DNA from: Verrucomicrobiota bacterium
GTDB lineage: Bacteria; Verrucomicrobiota; Verrucomicrobiia; Limisphaerales; JADJPG01
Length of the DNA: 47,322 nucleotides
Assembly: GCA_041166945.1 (NCBI GenBank)
Contig: JBEEGQ010000425.1
Location: 1-47,322, forward strand
Reading direction: 5' to 3'
Below the pieces are notes generated by a model that worked only from the letters and a program-made list of their open reading frames with translations, was not told the DNA's origin and made no database searches. Made by a program: the position numbers and the translations under genes. Below are positions 26,190-33,699 of the stretch, one piece after another. Within the stretch, counting starts at the first letter, position 1, and every line of letters starts with the position of its first letter.

Positions 26190-26792
26190 TTAGGGCAATG
26201 TCACGGCTCGGTAGAAGCGGCGGGCGGAAAAGGGCGAGGTAGTGTCGAGGAAGAACTGAGGCGAGTTCGACAAGGTCAGATCGGTCAAAGTCTGCCAGAG
26301 GGTTTGGTTCGTGAGGTTGCCGGTGTACTCGACCCGGTAATTGAATCCGGTCTGTCCCGCGATTGTCAGGCCGGCGAACATCTTCACGTTCAGGGTTGCG
26401 GCCTGCGGGAGGATGTCGATGTTCAGGCGCGCGATTCGAACGCGCGTCACGCCGTTGACGGTGGTGAACTCGCCCCCGAAAATCACTTTGCCGTCGTCTT
26501 GCAGCACGACTGGAAAGACCCACGGTGAAATTTGCGATTTCGGGCCGAGACCCGGAACAAAGGTGGCATCGAGGCCACCGTCGGCGCCGAGTCGTGCGAT
26601 GCCGGTCCTGGCGGCACCGTTAACGATGCTGAATACTCCGCCAAGCATAACTATGCCGTTCCCAGGTCGGCGCTTTCGGCACAGCCGCGAACGCCGGTGC
26701 TGGTTCTGAAAATGAGCCCTCCTTTTGCAGGGGCCAGCATGGAGTTTTCGTGGTTGCCCAGTTGGGTAAACACTTTCAAAGTGCATACGCAC
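26190..26792 (-). pseudogene. C-terminal fragment of a delta-60-repeat secreted protein with a tail ending RRFYRAVTLP
   Basis: Two delta-60-type repeats: 'GGVFSIVNGAARTGIARLGADGGLDATF' and 'DDGKVIFGGEFTTVNGVTRVRIARLNID'. These are followed by a 72-aa tail. The first ~45 codons of the ORF look non-coding (R/K/H-rich). Repeat-like sequence continues upstream only in another frame, which suggests a frameshift or truncation. Confidence 0.6.
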
Positions 26793-26855
26793 TAAAAGGT
26801 GGGACGACCCCTTGTCGACCGCCTCCTGATGGATGCCTTGCGCCGTGCGGAATTT

Positions 26856-27563
26856 ATGAAACGACTGACAATCCTTGCTATTCTGGTGTCCCTCGGCGCA
26901 CTGACGGCTTTAGGGAGACCCGTCAAGATGTATGACATCAAGAAGTTGACTGCTGATGCCAAGCTTGTCTTCGTTGGTCGAGTAAAGGGGGTCAAGCCCT
27001 CGGGCATCACGACGAGCTTGAGTTATCCAACCTGGGAGGGAGTCGTCTTTGAGTGGCTGCGTGTTTACGTTGAAGTGGTCGAACCAATCAAGGGTACGAA
27101 AAAAGGTGAAATCATCCAAACGGCCATGCTTGCCGTGAACGCGAGCAAGGGTCCTCGTCCCATTATAAATGCGCCCGGCATGCTTGAACCGACGAATGGC
27201 AATGCTTTCTTATTCTTTCTCGTGCCCACGACCAAAACGAATCTCTTCGCTGCGATCACCTCGCCCTTCGATGACGATCAAGCAGTTTTTCCTCTCGACC
27301 GAAACTCCTGGAAGAACACCACTTTTTCAAAGGACTCAGAATACGCTGAACGACATAGAGTAACCTGGAGTCTGGTAGACGACCAGGGCCGCATTCTCCC
27401 GGATGGAGCGGATTCGTTTCGGAAGACTTATGCGAAAGAAATCGCAACTGCAGGTTCAAATCGTGTCGTCTATCTGCAATGGGAAAAGTACACCAATCCG
27501 GGCGGATGGAGTCACAACATCCCGAAAGGGATGGGGCCCGTGACGAATGTTAACAAAAGGTGA
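26856..27563 (+). CDS. Hypothetical secreted protein (235 aa), low GC relative to flanks
   Basis: ATG 26856 gives the signal peptide 'MKRLTILAILVSLGALTALG'. The composition is non-repetitive and beta-rich. No family recognised. Confidence 0.55.
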   Translation: MKRLTILAILVSLGALTALGRPVKMYDIKKLTADAKLVFVGRVKGVKPSGITTSLSYPTWEGVVFEWLRVYVEVVEPIKGTKKGEIIQTAMLAVNASKGPRPIINAPGMLEPTNGNAFLFFLVPTTKTNLFAAITSPFDDDQAVFPLDRNSWKNTTFSKDSEYAERHRVTWSLVDDQGRILPDGADSFRKTYAKEIATAGSNRVVYLQWEKYTNPGGWSHNIPKGMGPVTNVNKR

Positions 27564-27895
27564 AGCCCGAAGTGGCCGCTGATCTCCAAATGCAGCCAGC
27601 GCATCCGCGCTTGGGGATCGCTATTCGCCGATGGCGAAACTTCTGCCAGCAGTGGCGTCATTGTTATCTTTTGCTATTGGTGTTGTTCTGGGTGGTTTGG
27701 CAAGTAGCAGCAATGGCGATCCAGCGGCTCGAAAACATTCGCATGGGCGGGCTGCATCCAGTTGAAGTGCTTTTCCTGATGGACGTTCTCAAGTTGATGT
27801 GGCTTCCTCCTTTAGTTGGGGTGCACGACGAGAAAGTTAAGAATGCCAATGTTGGCTTTTTTTTGAAACAATAGTCACGAGTATGCGAGTGACAT

Positions 27896-28243
27896 ATGAA
27901 AACTTCTTCTCCTGACCCCAAATCCATCCTCCAACAAATCGCTGCCATTTCCGCCATGGAGACAGGCAAGCTTTCCTCCTACGTGCCCACCGGGCGGCCC
28001 CCGTCCACTCAACCCTACTTCAAACTCCAGTCCTGGCAGAACGGTAAGAACATCACCCGTCACGTGCGCTCCGAGCAGGTCCCCCAACTCCAGGCCGCTC
28101 TCGAAGGACATGCTCGATTCCTCCAGCTCTGCGAGCAATATGCCCAGCTCATGGTGGCGCGCACCCGCGCGGATTGGGAAAAGGACTCAAAAAAAAAGCA
28201 GATTCCACCGTACACCAGGCGTTCACCGAAGAACTCCAAGTAG
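27896..28243 (+). CDS. ISKra4-family transposase, N-terminal part (orfA, frame 2)
   Basis: 'ISAMETGKLSSY..YFKLQSWQNGKNITRHVRSEQVPQLQAALEGHARFLQLCEQYAQLMVARTR' matches the N-terminal region of ISKra4 transposases as I recall it. The frame changes at the A9 run at 28189-28197. Confidence 0.75.
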   Translation: MKTSSPDPKSILQQIAAISAMETGKLSSYVPTGRPPSTQPYFKLQSWQNGKNITRHVRSEQVPQLQAALEGHARFLQLCEQYAQLMVARTRADWEKDSKKKQIPPYTRRSPKNSK

Positions 28244-29514
28244 TCCTCCACCCCGTGCTGCAGGATTTACCTGCTCCCTTGCTCCAAATGGAAACGGTAT
28301 TTCGGCAATGCCTCTTGCAAGCGGGACTCAAAATCTTCGGCCCTTTGCTCCAGCAGCGGGTTGATCAGATCGACGCCCACTATCAACCCAAGCCCCAGTC
28401 CCGGCGTCATGGCCGTCGGCCCCTTGATGTCAGCACTCTCTTTGGTCAGGTCACCGTGCTGCGTGACTATTACCACGGGCCTGATGGAGGTCACTGTCCG
28501 GCCGATGCTCAGCTAGGATTGGAGGGCAGCACGACTCCTGCGCTGGCTCGGTTGGTCTGCCGGGCTGCTGCCCAGCAGCCTTACGGAGCCGCCAGTCGGG
28601 ACCTGCATGAGTATGGCTCCATCCAAGTCGATGAACGCCAGATTCAGCGGGTGGTTCAGCACATTGGACCGGCCTGTGAACCGTGGCTGGCCAGCCTGAC
28701 TTCTTCGGCCAAGGCCGTCCCCATCCTTTATGTGACCTGTGATGGCACAGGCACGCCCATGCGAAAGGAAGAACTCCAAGGTCGCAAAGGCCGCCAGAAA
28801 GATGGCTCAGCCAAAACCCGCGAGGTCAAGTTGGGAGCGGTGTTCACTCAGCACAAGGTCGATGAGAAAGGCAGGCCGATGCGCGATCACCAATCAACGA
28901 CTTATGTCGGCAGTTTTAAAGGTGCCGATGCCTTTGCCCTCCTCTTGCGCGATGAGGCCCGACGGCGCGCCGTGGGAGCCGCTCAACAGGTCATCTTTCT
29001 GAGCGACGGGGCCGCTTGGGCAGAGGAGATCCCTGGCCAGTGCTTTGCCGGGGCCGTCAGCATCCTGGATTTTTATCACACTGCCCAAAGGGTCCATAAA
29101 TTGGCCTCATTGTTACAACCTGCGGATAAGAATCTAGCCTCCCGCTGGATTAAACTCTTGCTCAAGGACCAGGTCGCCAAGGTCATTACGCAGGTCAAGA
29201 CACTTCAGGAGTCCTTGCCAATGCTCAGCGATCCCGACGACAACTTAGGATTCATGGAACGGCATCAGCACCGAAAGAATTACGGGACCTATCGGAAAAA
29301 GGGTTTGTTCATCGGCAGTGGAGTCATTGAAGCGGGTTGCAAGAACGTCGTCGGCAAGCGGCTCAAGCAATCTGGCATGTTTTGGTCAGAATCAGGGGCC
29401 ACCTGTGTCCTACACTTCCGAACTTTGTTGTTAAGTCAGCGCTTCGATGCCTTCTGGAAACACCGTCACAACGTTCACGCCTCCAAAAACGACTGCCTCC
29501 ACCTGGCGGCGTAA
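28174..29514 (+). CDS. ISKra4-family transposase, catalytic/C-terminal part (orfB, frame 1)
   Basis: 'LYVTCDGTGTPMRKEEL', 'REVKLGAVF', 'VIFLSDGAAWAEE', 'ILDFYHTAQRVHKLA', 'GLFIGSGVIEAGCKNVVGKRLKQSGMFWSESGA..LHFRTLLLSQRFDAFW' are highly characteristic of ISKra4 transposases. Confidence 0.85.
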   Translation: MGKGLKKKADSTVHQAFTEELQVVLHPVLQDLPAPLLQMETVFRQCLLQAGLKIFGPLLQQRVDQIDAHYQPKPQSRRHGRRPLDVSTLFGQVTVLRDYYHGPDGGHCPADAQLGLEGSTTPALARLVCRAAAQQPYGAASRDLHEYGSIQVDERQIQRVVQHIGPACEPWLASLTSSAKAVPILYVTCDGTGTPMRKEELQGRKGRQKDGSAKTREVKLGAVFTQHKVDEKGRPMRDHQSTTYVGSFKGADAFALLLRDEARRRAVGAAQQVIFLSDGAAWAEEIPGQCFAGAVSILDFYHTAQRVHKLASLLQPADKNLASRWIKLLLKDQVAKVITQVKTLQESLPMLSDPDDNLGFMERHQHRKNYGTYRKKGLFIGSGVIEAGCKNVVGKRLKQSGMFWSESGATCVLHFRTLLLSQRFDAFWKHRHNVHASKNDCLHLAA

Positions 29515-29715
29515 CCTGACATTGGAACAATCCTGTCGTGCGCCCCTTTAGTTGCCATCGTGCTTTATGCGCTTTCGTTCGCGCTCAGAAAGCTGAATAC
29601 TGTGGAGGCAATCGCCGGAAGCGCGCTGTGTTCCGCAATGATTTTCGCCTTCATACTTAGCGTGGCTTTGGTTCGGGTGAGTTTTTGAGCTGGGCGTTCG
29701 ACGCCGCTCCATAGC

Positions 29716-30063
29716 GTGACATCAAACACAAACAGAGGCCTTTGGCGATTCATTGCCCTTGCAGGTTTCACGTTGACCGCCGCTGGGCTGTTCGGGGTAC
29801 TCCTTCAGGGCCGCTTTTACGAAGGCGGTTTCCCGACCGCTGCCACGGCGGGGGAAGTTTGGGGCGCATTCACTTGGCCGACTGCTTGCACTTCAGTTGG
29901 CAGTTTAGTGATCGCAACAGTCACATTGAGCAGCCCGCTCACTTCCTCATGGAGCGCACGTCGACGACTCGTTGGGCTGGCCGCGTTCGCACTCGTTGTT
30001 TTAGCAGTCTGCTTCGGCTGCGGCTACTTCGCAGTCAATCGAGTCGCGAAAATCCTGAACTGA
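29716..30063 (+). CDS. Hypothetical integral membrane protein (115 aa, about 4 TM)
   Basis: The GTG start is the first start after an in-frame stop at 29686. Hydrophobic segments: 'WRFIALAGFTLTAAGLFGVLL', 'VWGAFTWPTACTSVGSLVIATV', 'LVGLAAFALVVLAVCFGCGYFAV'. Confidence 0.4.
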   Translation: MTSNTNRGLWRFIALAGFTLTAAGLFGVLLQGRFYEGGFPTAATAGEVWGAFTWPTACTSVGSLVIATVTLSSPLTSSWSARRRLVGLAAFALVVLAVCFGCGYFAVNRVAKILN

Positions 30064-30145
30064 TGCTCGGGAGCACTGACGCTCCACCGACAAAATCCGA
30101 CGCGTTTAACTGTTGGCAACGTGCCGCCGCCGGCCCGCCGTTTTT

Positions 30146-30802
30146 TCAACGCCGGGCCTTGCTGGTTGGCCGGGCGCGCGCCTGTGCCCGGACGCGGTAA
30201 AGCCGCTCGGTGAAACCGCCTTCATCCAGAAAGGCTTTTTCCTGGGCGCAGATCTGGCGGTCTAGAAGGCTGCACGCTACCGCGAGCAGCGCCAGTGCGC
30301 CGTTGGCGGCTATCTCTGGAAAGGTAGACACTGTGGACTTGGTGGACGGTATGGACTTTAATCGGCCTTTGCCCCATCCACTTTGTCCATGCCATCCAGT
30401 GGGTCCATCATGCACCGCCCGCACCCAAGCCGCTACGTCATCGGCGGTGGCCGGGCGTGCCGCTATCAGTTCTGCCCGGCGCGTGTCCTCTCTGGGCCAC
30501 TGCCCCAGCCTGCGCTGCCTCAAGTAATCCTCATAGTCCAGCCGGAGTTCCTCCAGACTGGCGCGAGCCACGTTGGTGAGTTTGAGTTCCATTTTCTTGG
30601 ACGTGCCGCTGGCCTGGCTGCCTTCGGCAATGTTCTGCACGCCACTCCGCGCGGCCTGCACCATCTGATCATGCGTGCGGCTGCGTTTGTCCATGTAGCG
30701 GTCGCAGAAACGCACGGTCACGTCGTAGGCCAGTTGCGCCACCTGAAAGCTTTTCAGCTTTCGGTAGCCTCCGTGCAGCGGAATGAGTGTCTCGTCACTC
30801 AT
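30146..30802 (-). CDS. Four-helix-bundle protein (23S rRNA intervening-sequence protein family) with a four-helix-bundle suffix domain
   Basis: 'FQVAQLAYDVTVRFCDRY..DQMVQAARSGVQNIAEGSQ..SKKMELKLTNVARASLEELRLDYEDYL', with C-terminal '..LDEGGFTERLYRVR'. Its ATG overlaps the stop of the hsdM fragment (ATGA on the minus strand at 30799-30802). Confidence 0.8.
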   Translation of the reverse strand: MSDETLIPLHGGYRKLKSFQVAQLAYDVTVRFCDRYMDKRSRTHDQMVQAARSGVQNIAEGSQASGTSKKMELKLTNVARASLEELRLDYEDYLRQRRLGQWPREDTRRAELIAARPATADDVAAWVRAVHDGPTGWHGQSGWGKGRLKSIPSTKSTVSTFPEIAANGALALLAVACSLLDRQICAQEKAFLDEGGFTERLYRVRAQARARPTSKARR

Positions 30803-31017
30803 CGGGTCAGCGCGATTTCCTGTTTCTTAAGCAGTTTCTCGCGCACTTCGGCCCCGGCGGCTTGGGCTTTCTGGTATTCGGCAAGCAGCTCGGCAGGTTC
30901 GCGGTGCGGGTCGTCCACGGCGTGCGGATTCTTCACGTCGAAGTTGTAACCGCGCGCGGCGATGTCCGCCAAGGCGAATTCGGTTTCCTTGTGCCTGCTC
31001 TCCTGGCCCGGTTCCAT
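30799..31017 (-). pseudogene. hsdM: C-terminal remnant (about 70 aa) of a type I restriction-modification methyltransferase subunit HsdM
   Basis: 'ETEFALADIAARGYNFDVKNPHAVDDPHREPAELLAEYQKAQAAGAEVREKLLK' matches the conserved HsdM C-terminus ('..ei.a.gynLdiKNP....e..dP.ell..'). No methyltransferase core lies upstream. AT-rich non-coding sequence begins at about 31100. Confidence 0.6.
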
Positions 31018-31269
31018 GGTGGGTGAGGCCCGGATCCTGATGCCGCAGAGCGGCGGCTGGATTTTCCGGCGCTTCGCCAGGCAGCCAAAGACAGGAAAAT
31101 TTTAATTGTCGCAATGCGAAACGGGCAAGGTGAGGAGCTATAAAAAAGCCGACACCAAGCGGGTGAGGGCGGAAAGGGCTGTGAAAAGATTGTGAATAGA
31201 AACCAACAGCTTTTGCTCGCGCCGGGCCCCGCGGTTTGAAGTATTATTGGAAAACTAAAAAATTGACGC

Positions 31270-31953
31270 ATGGCTACCGAAGAAAGAGTGCTCTGTTTTC
31301 AGCGGCTACTTCTCGAAGAACTCGGAACGTTTCAGGGGCTCAGCCTCGACGTTGAGAAATACCTGCCCGTTGTCACCTCCCCTTCCCAGATTCTTTATCT
31401 CAACAGGAGCGATGCCGAAAAGGACCGGCGCTATAAACAGCTCATCCCGTACGTCCTCATCCTCTGCAACGATAAAATACTGCGCTATCGACGCGGCAAA
31501 GGCGGGCAGGAAACGCGCCTGCACGGATTGTACTCTGTGGGAGTCGGCGGGCACATCTCCGAGGAGGACAACGAACTTTTTTCAGCGCGCGTCGGGTATC
31601 ATGAAGGCATGCGCCGGGAATTGGTGGAAGAAGTCGCCATCGAGGAGTCGAACGAGGCAGCGGTCGCTGTCATCAATGATGACAGCACGGAAGTTGGGTT
31701 CGTCCATTTTGGAGTCGTTCACGTGATGCGCGTGGCCAACGAGGCGGTCGTGGGGCGACGCAGCGGCATTGTCAGTCCAGAATTTGTTTCCGTCGCTGAA
31801 GCGGTGAAAGATTTGGCCGAATACGAATCCTGGTCCCGCTTCTGCCTGGAACAGCTCGATTCCCTCCTGGCCAAAGCCGCTGCGTTAGGGGTCAGAGGCC
31901 ACGAACGCTCTCTTCCTCCAGCGGCGACTATTGCAGCCGGAGCGGGAAGATAA
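31270..31953 (+). CDS. NUDIX/MutT-family phosphoesterase-like protein (COG4112-like)
   Basis: 'YKQLIPYVLILCNDKILRYRRGKGGQETRLHGLYSVGVGGHISEED..YHEGMRRELVEEVAI' is a degenerate Nudix box (G-x5-E-x7-REL-x-EE-like). Confidence 0.6.
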   Translation: MATEERVLCFQRLLLEELGTFQGLSLDVEKYLPVVTSPSQILYLNRSDAEKDRRYKQLIPYVLILCNDKILRYRRGKGGQETRLHGLYSVGVGGHISEEDNELFSARVGYHEGMRRELVEEVAIEESNEAAVAVINDDSTEVGFVHFGVVHVMRVANEAVVGRRSGIVSPEFVSVAEAVKDLAEYESWSRFCLEQLDSLLAKAAALGVRGHERSLPPAATIAAGAGR

Positions 31954-32021
31954 TCACACGAAACCGACCCTCGGGCAGCTGGCTCCCGCTTCCCGGCGGG
32001 GGTTCCCAGACGAGATTTATT

Positions 32022-32104
32022 GCCGCGAAAGAACGCAAGGAACGCAAAAAGAGGCGCGACGTGAGGTTCATGTTTCCTATGTGTTCTTTGCGCTCTTTTG
32101 CGGC
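32022..32104. repeat. Imperfect 24-bp inverted repeat (hairpin element) rich in GAACGCAA units
   Basis: GCCGCGAAAGAACGCAAGGAACGC (32022-32045) against the reverse complement of GTGTTCTTTGCGCTCTTTTGCGGC (32081-32104). About 20 of 24 positions are complementary. Confidence 0.6.
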
Positions 32105-32129
32105 AACCATCCCCTCAAAAAACCGGAGG

Positions 32130-32248
32130 CGCGGCATTTATGCCGCTTCGCGCCTAATTCGAGGCGGGGCCGTCGATGCGCAACTGGCGTCACCGTGAAG
32201 ATTCCGGAACCGTCCTTCGATCCACTTTGAAGCGGCATAAATGCCGCG
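32130..32248. repeat. Perfect 20-bp inverted repeat pair flanking 79 bp (MITE/REP-like)
   Basis: CGCGGCATTTATGCCGCTTC (32130-32149) and its exact reverse complement GAAGCGGCATAAATGCCGCG (32229-32248). Each arm contains the GCGGCA-TTTA-TGCCGC hairpin. Confidence 0.85.
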
Positions 32249-32371
32249 CTCCGGCCGGCATTCGACCGTGCACTTGCACAGTTCAATGCCACCCCTTCGA
32301 GTCTCGGGTAGAGGGTCTACCGCGTCCGTGTCACGCCTTGACCATTCGCGCCCCGACTTCGGGGAAGGCGG

Positions 32372-33394
32372 TCAGTGGCCTACACGCGGAGTCCGCACGT
32401 GGAGTTGCTCCAGCCGGCATTGGGTGGGGGTTTTGTCGGGACGCCAGCGAATGAATTTTGTGCCGTGCCGGAAACGTTCGGCGGTCACATGATCGAATTC
32501 CACCTCCACGACCAATTCAGGCCGGAGTGGTTGCCACAACACCGAACGTTTTGTGCTCCAGCGACTCGGTCCGCCGGGAGCACGACCCGTGAAGCCCGGA
32601 GGTTCCACCAGTTTTTCCAACCGGCGCGCCAACGCGGCGCGTTCCGTGGCCTTTAACCCCGAACAAAAACCCACGTGATGAAGGAGCTTCGAATCGTCAT
32701 ACAAACCGAGCAGCAGGGAGCCGACCTGATGCCCTTTTTCCGCATAACGGAATCCGCCCACCACGCAGTCCGCCGTCCGCCGCGGTTTGATCTTCTGCAT
32801 CGCGGTGCGTTCGCCCGGACGATATTCCGCATCCAGCCGTTTCGCGATCAGACCGTCGAGACTTCCTCCCGCGCTACCAAACCATTTCCTGGCGATGCTC
32901 AGCCGCGATGTGGCCGGGGAGAGTTGAAACGGACTGCCGCGTTTAAAATATTTTGCGGCAAACTGTTCGAGCCGACGACGACGCTCGCGGAGCGGGAGGG
33001 GCAACATCGATTTTCCGCGCTCGTCGCACAGCAAATCGAAGATGTGCATTCGCGCGGGCGTTTCGCGGGCCAACCGCTGGACCCGGCTGGCCGCCGGATG
33101 AATGCGCATCAGTAAACGATCGAAAGAAAGCACCCGGCCTTCCGGGACGACGATCTCGCCGTCCAGTACGAATTTTCGCGCGCTTATCGCGAGAAGTGCT
33201 TCGATCAATTCTGGAAAATAACGCGTCAAGGGCTGTCCCGACTTCGATTGCAGCTCGATTTCCCGGCCGTCGCGAAATATCAAGCAGCGGAACCCGTCCC
33301 ACTTGGGTTCGTATTGCCAGGCAGCGCCAGTCGGGATCTCGTCCACGGATAACGCATCCATCGGTAGCAGTCCGGGAAGGACTTCTAATTTCAT
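32372..33394 (-). CDS. ATP-dependent DNA ligase (adenylation + OB domains, LigC/LigD-ligase-domain type), 340 aa
   Basis: ATG 33394 ('MKLEVLPG'). The maximal ORF reaches 33649. Motif I 'YEPKWDGFRCLIF', motif III 'VLDGEIVV', motif IV/V 'LDGLIAKRLDAEYRPGERTAMQKIK', OB-domain 'VEVEFDHVT..RFRHGTKFIRWRPDK'. Confidence 0.9.
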   Translation of the reverse strand: MKLEVLPGLLPMDALSVDEIPTGAAWQYEPKWDGFRCLIFRDGREIELQSKSGQPLTRYFPELIEALLAISARKFVLDGEIVVPEGRVLSFDRLLMRIHPAASRVQRLARETPARMHIFDLLCDERGKSMLPLPLRERRRRLEQFAAKYFKRGSPFQLSPATSRLSIARKWFGSAGGSLDGLIAKRLDAEYRPGERTAMQKIKPRRTADCVVGGFRYAEKGHQVGSLLLGLYDDSKLLHHVGFCSGLKATERAALARRLEKLVEPPGFTGRAPGGPSRWSTKRSVLWQPLRPELVVEVEFDHVTAERFRHGTKFIRWRPDKTPTQCRLEQLHVRTPRVGH

Positions 33395-33699
33395 GCCGCA
33401 TTCACGAGCATTTTTCGTGCGCTGCAATTTTTTTGCCGCAGCGGATCGGTTTGGAGGTGCGGCATCCGAGCAGATTGCAACGCGGCATCCGGCATCCTGC
33501 AATTTGAACGAGCTTTGCCGGTTTGTTTGCCGGAGCAAGTCCGATTGAATTCCCGGAAAACCAGACATAACCGGAGCCCGGGCTCCGATCTCGAGGCTGG
33601 CATATCCGAAGCTCTTTCGCCGCCATCGATCCAGGGTGGCAGGAGCCACGCCACCGGATTGACGACGCCAAATAATCGACGGTCAACAACGGGCCGACC

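Larger units (their letters stand above)
27896..29514 (+). mobile_element. ISKra4-family insertion sequence transposase region (element ends not resolved)
   Basis: See the two CDS entries below. I could not identify the terminal inverted repeats by eye. Confidence 0.8.

Noticed and set aside
27560-27874. This is a 104-aa ORF (GTG start overlapping the preceding stop) with one hydrophobic stretch, lying between the secreted orphan and the IS.
   Set aside because: It has no motif, an odd composition (W/L/V-rich with a Cys/His/Arg N-terminus) and a non-ATG start. It may be real, but I cannot support it. It could also be part of the IS left end.
27841-29560. I considered similar short strings near both ends of the transposase region as IS termini: 'TGACATATGAAAAC' at ~27888 and 'TGACATTGGAACA' at ~29517, and 'GAAACAATAGTCACGAG' versus 'GGAACAATCCTGTCGTG'.
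   Set aside because: The strings are in direct, not inverted, orientation and are short and imperfect. They do not qualify as terminal inverted repeats, so the element boundaries remain unresolved.
29565-29771. This is a 68-aa minus-strand ORF between the IS and the membrane-protein ORF.
   Set aside because: It overlaps the start of the + strand membrane ORF, has no motif, and lies in a region that may include the IS right end. The support is insufficient.
22361-32371. I considered whether the island is a prophage or an integrative conjugative element.
   Set aside because: I could recognise no integrase, excisionase, capsid, terminase, tail, relaxase or type IV secretion genes. I also found no repeat of the tRNA 3' end by eye. 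It is better described as an eroded integration hotspot.
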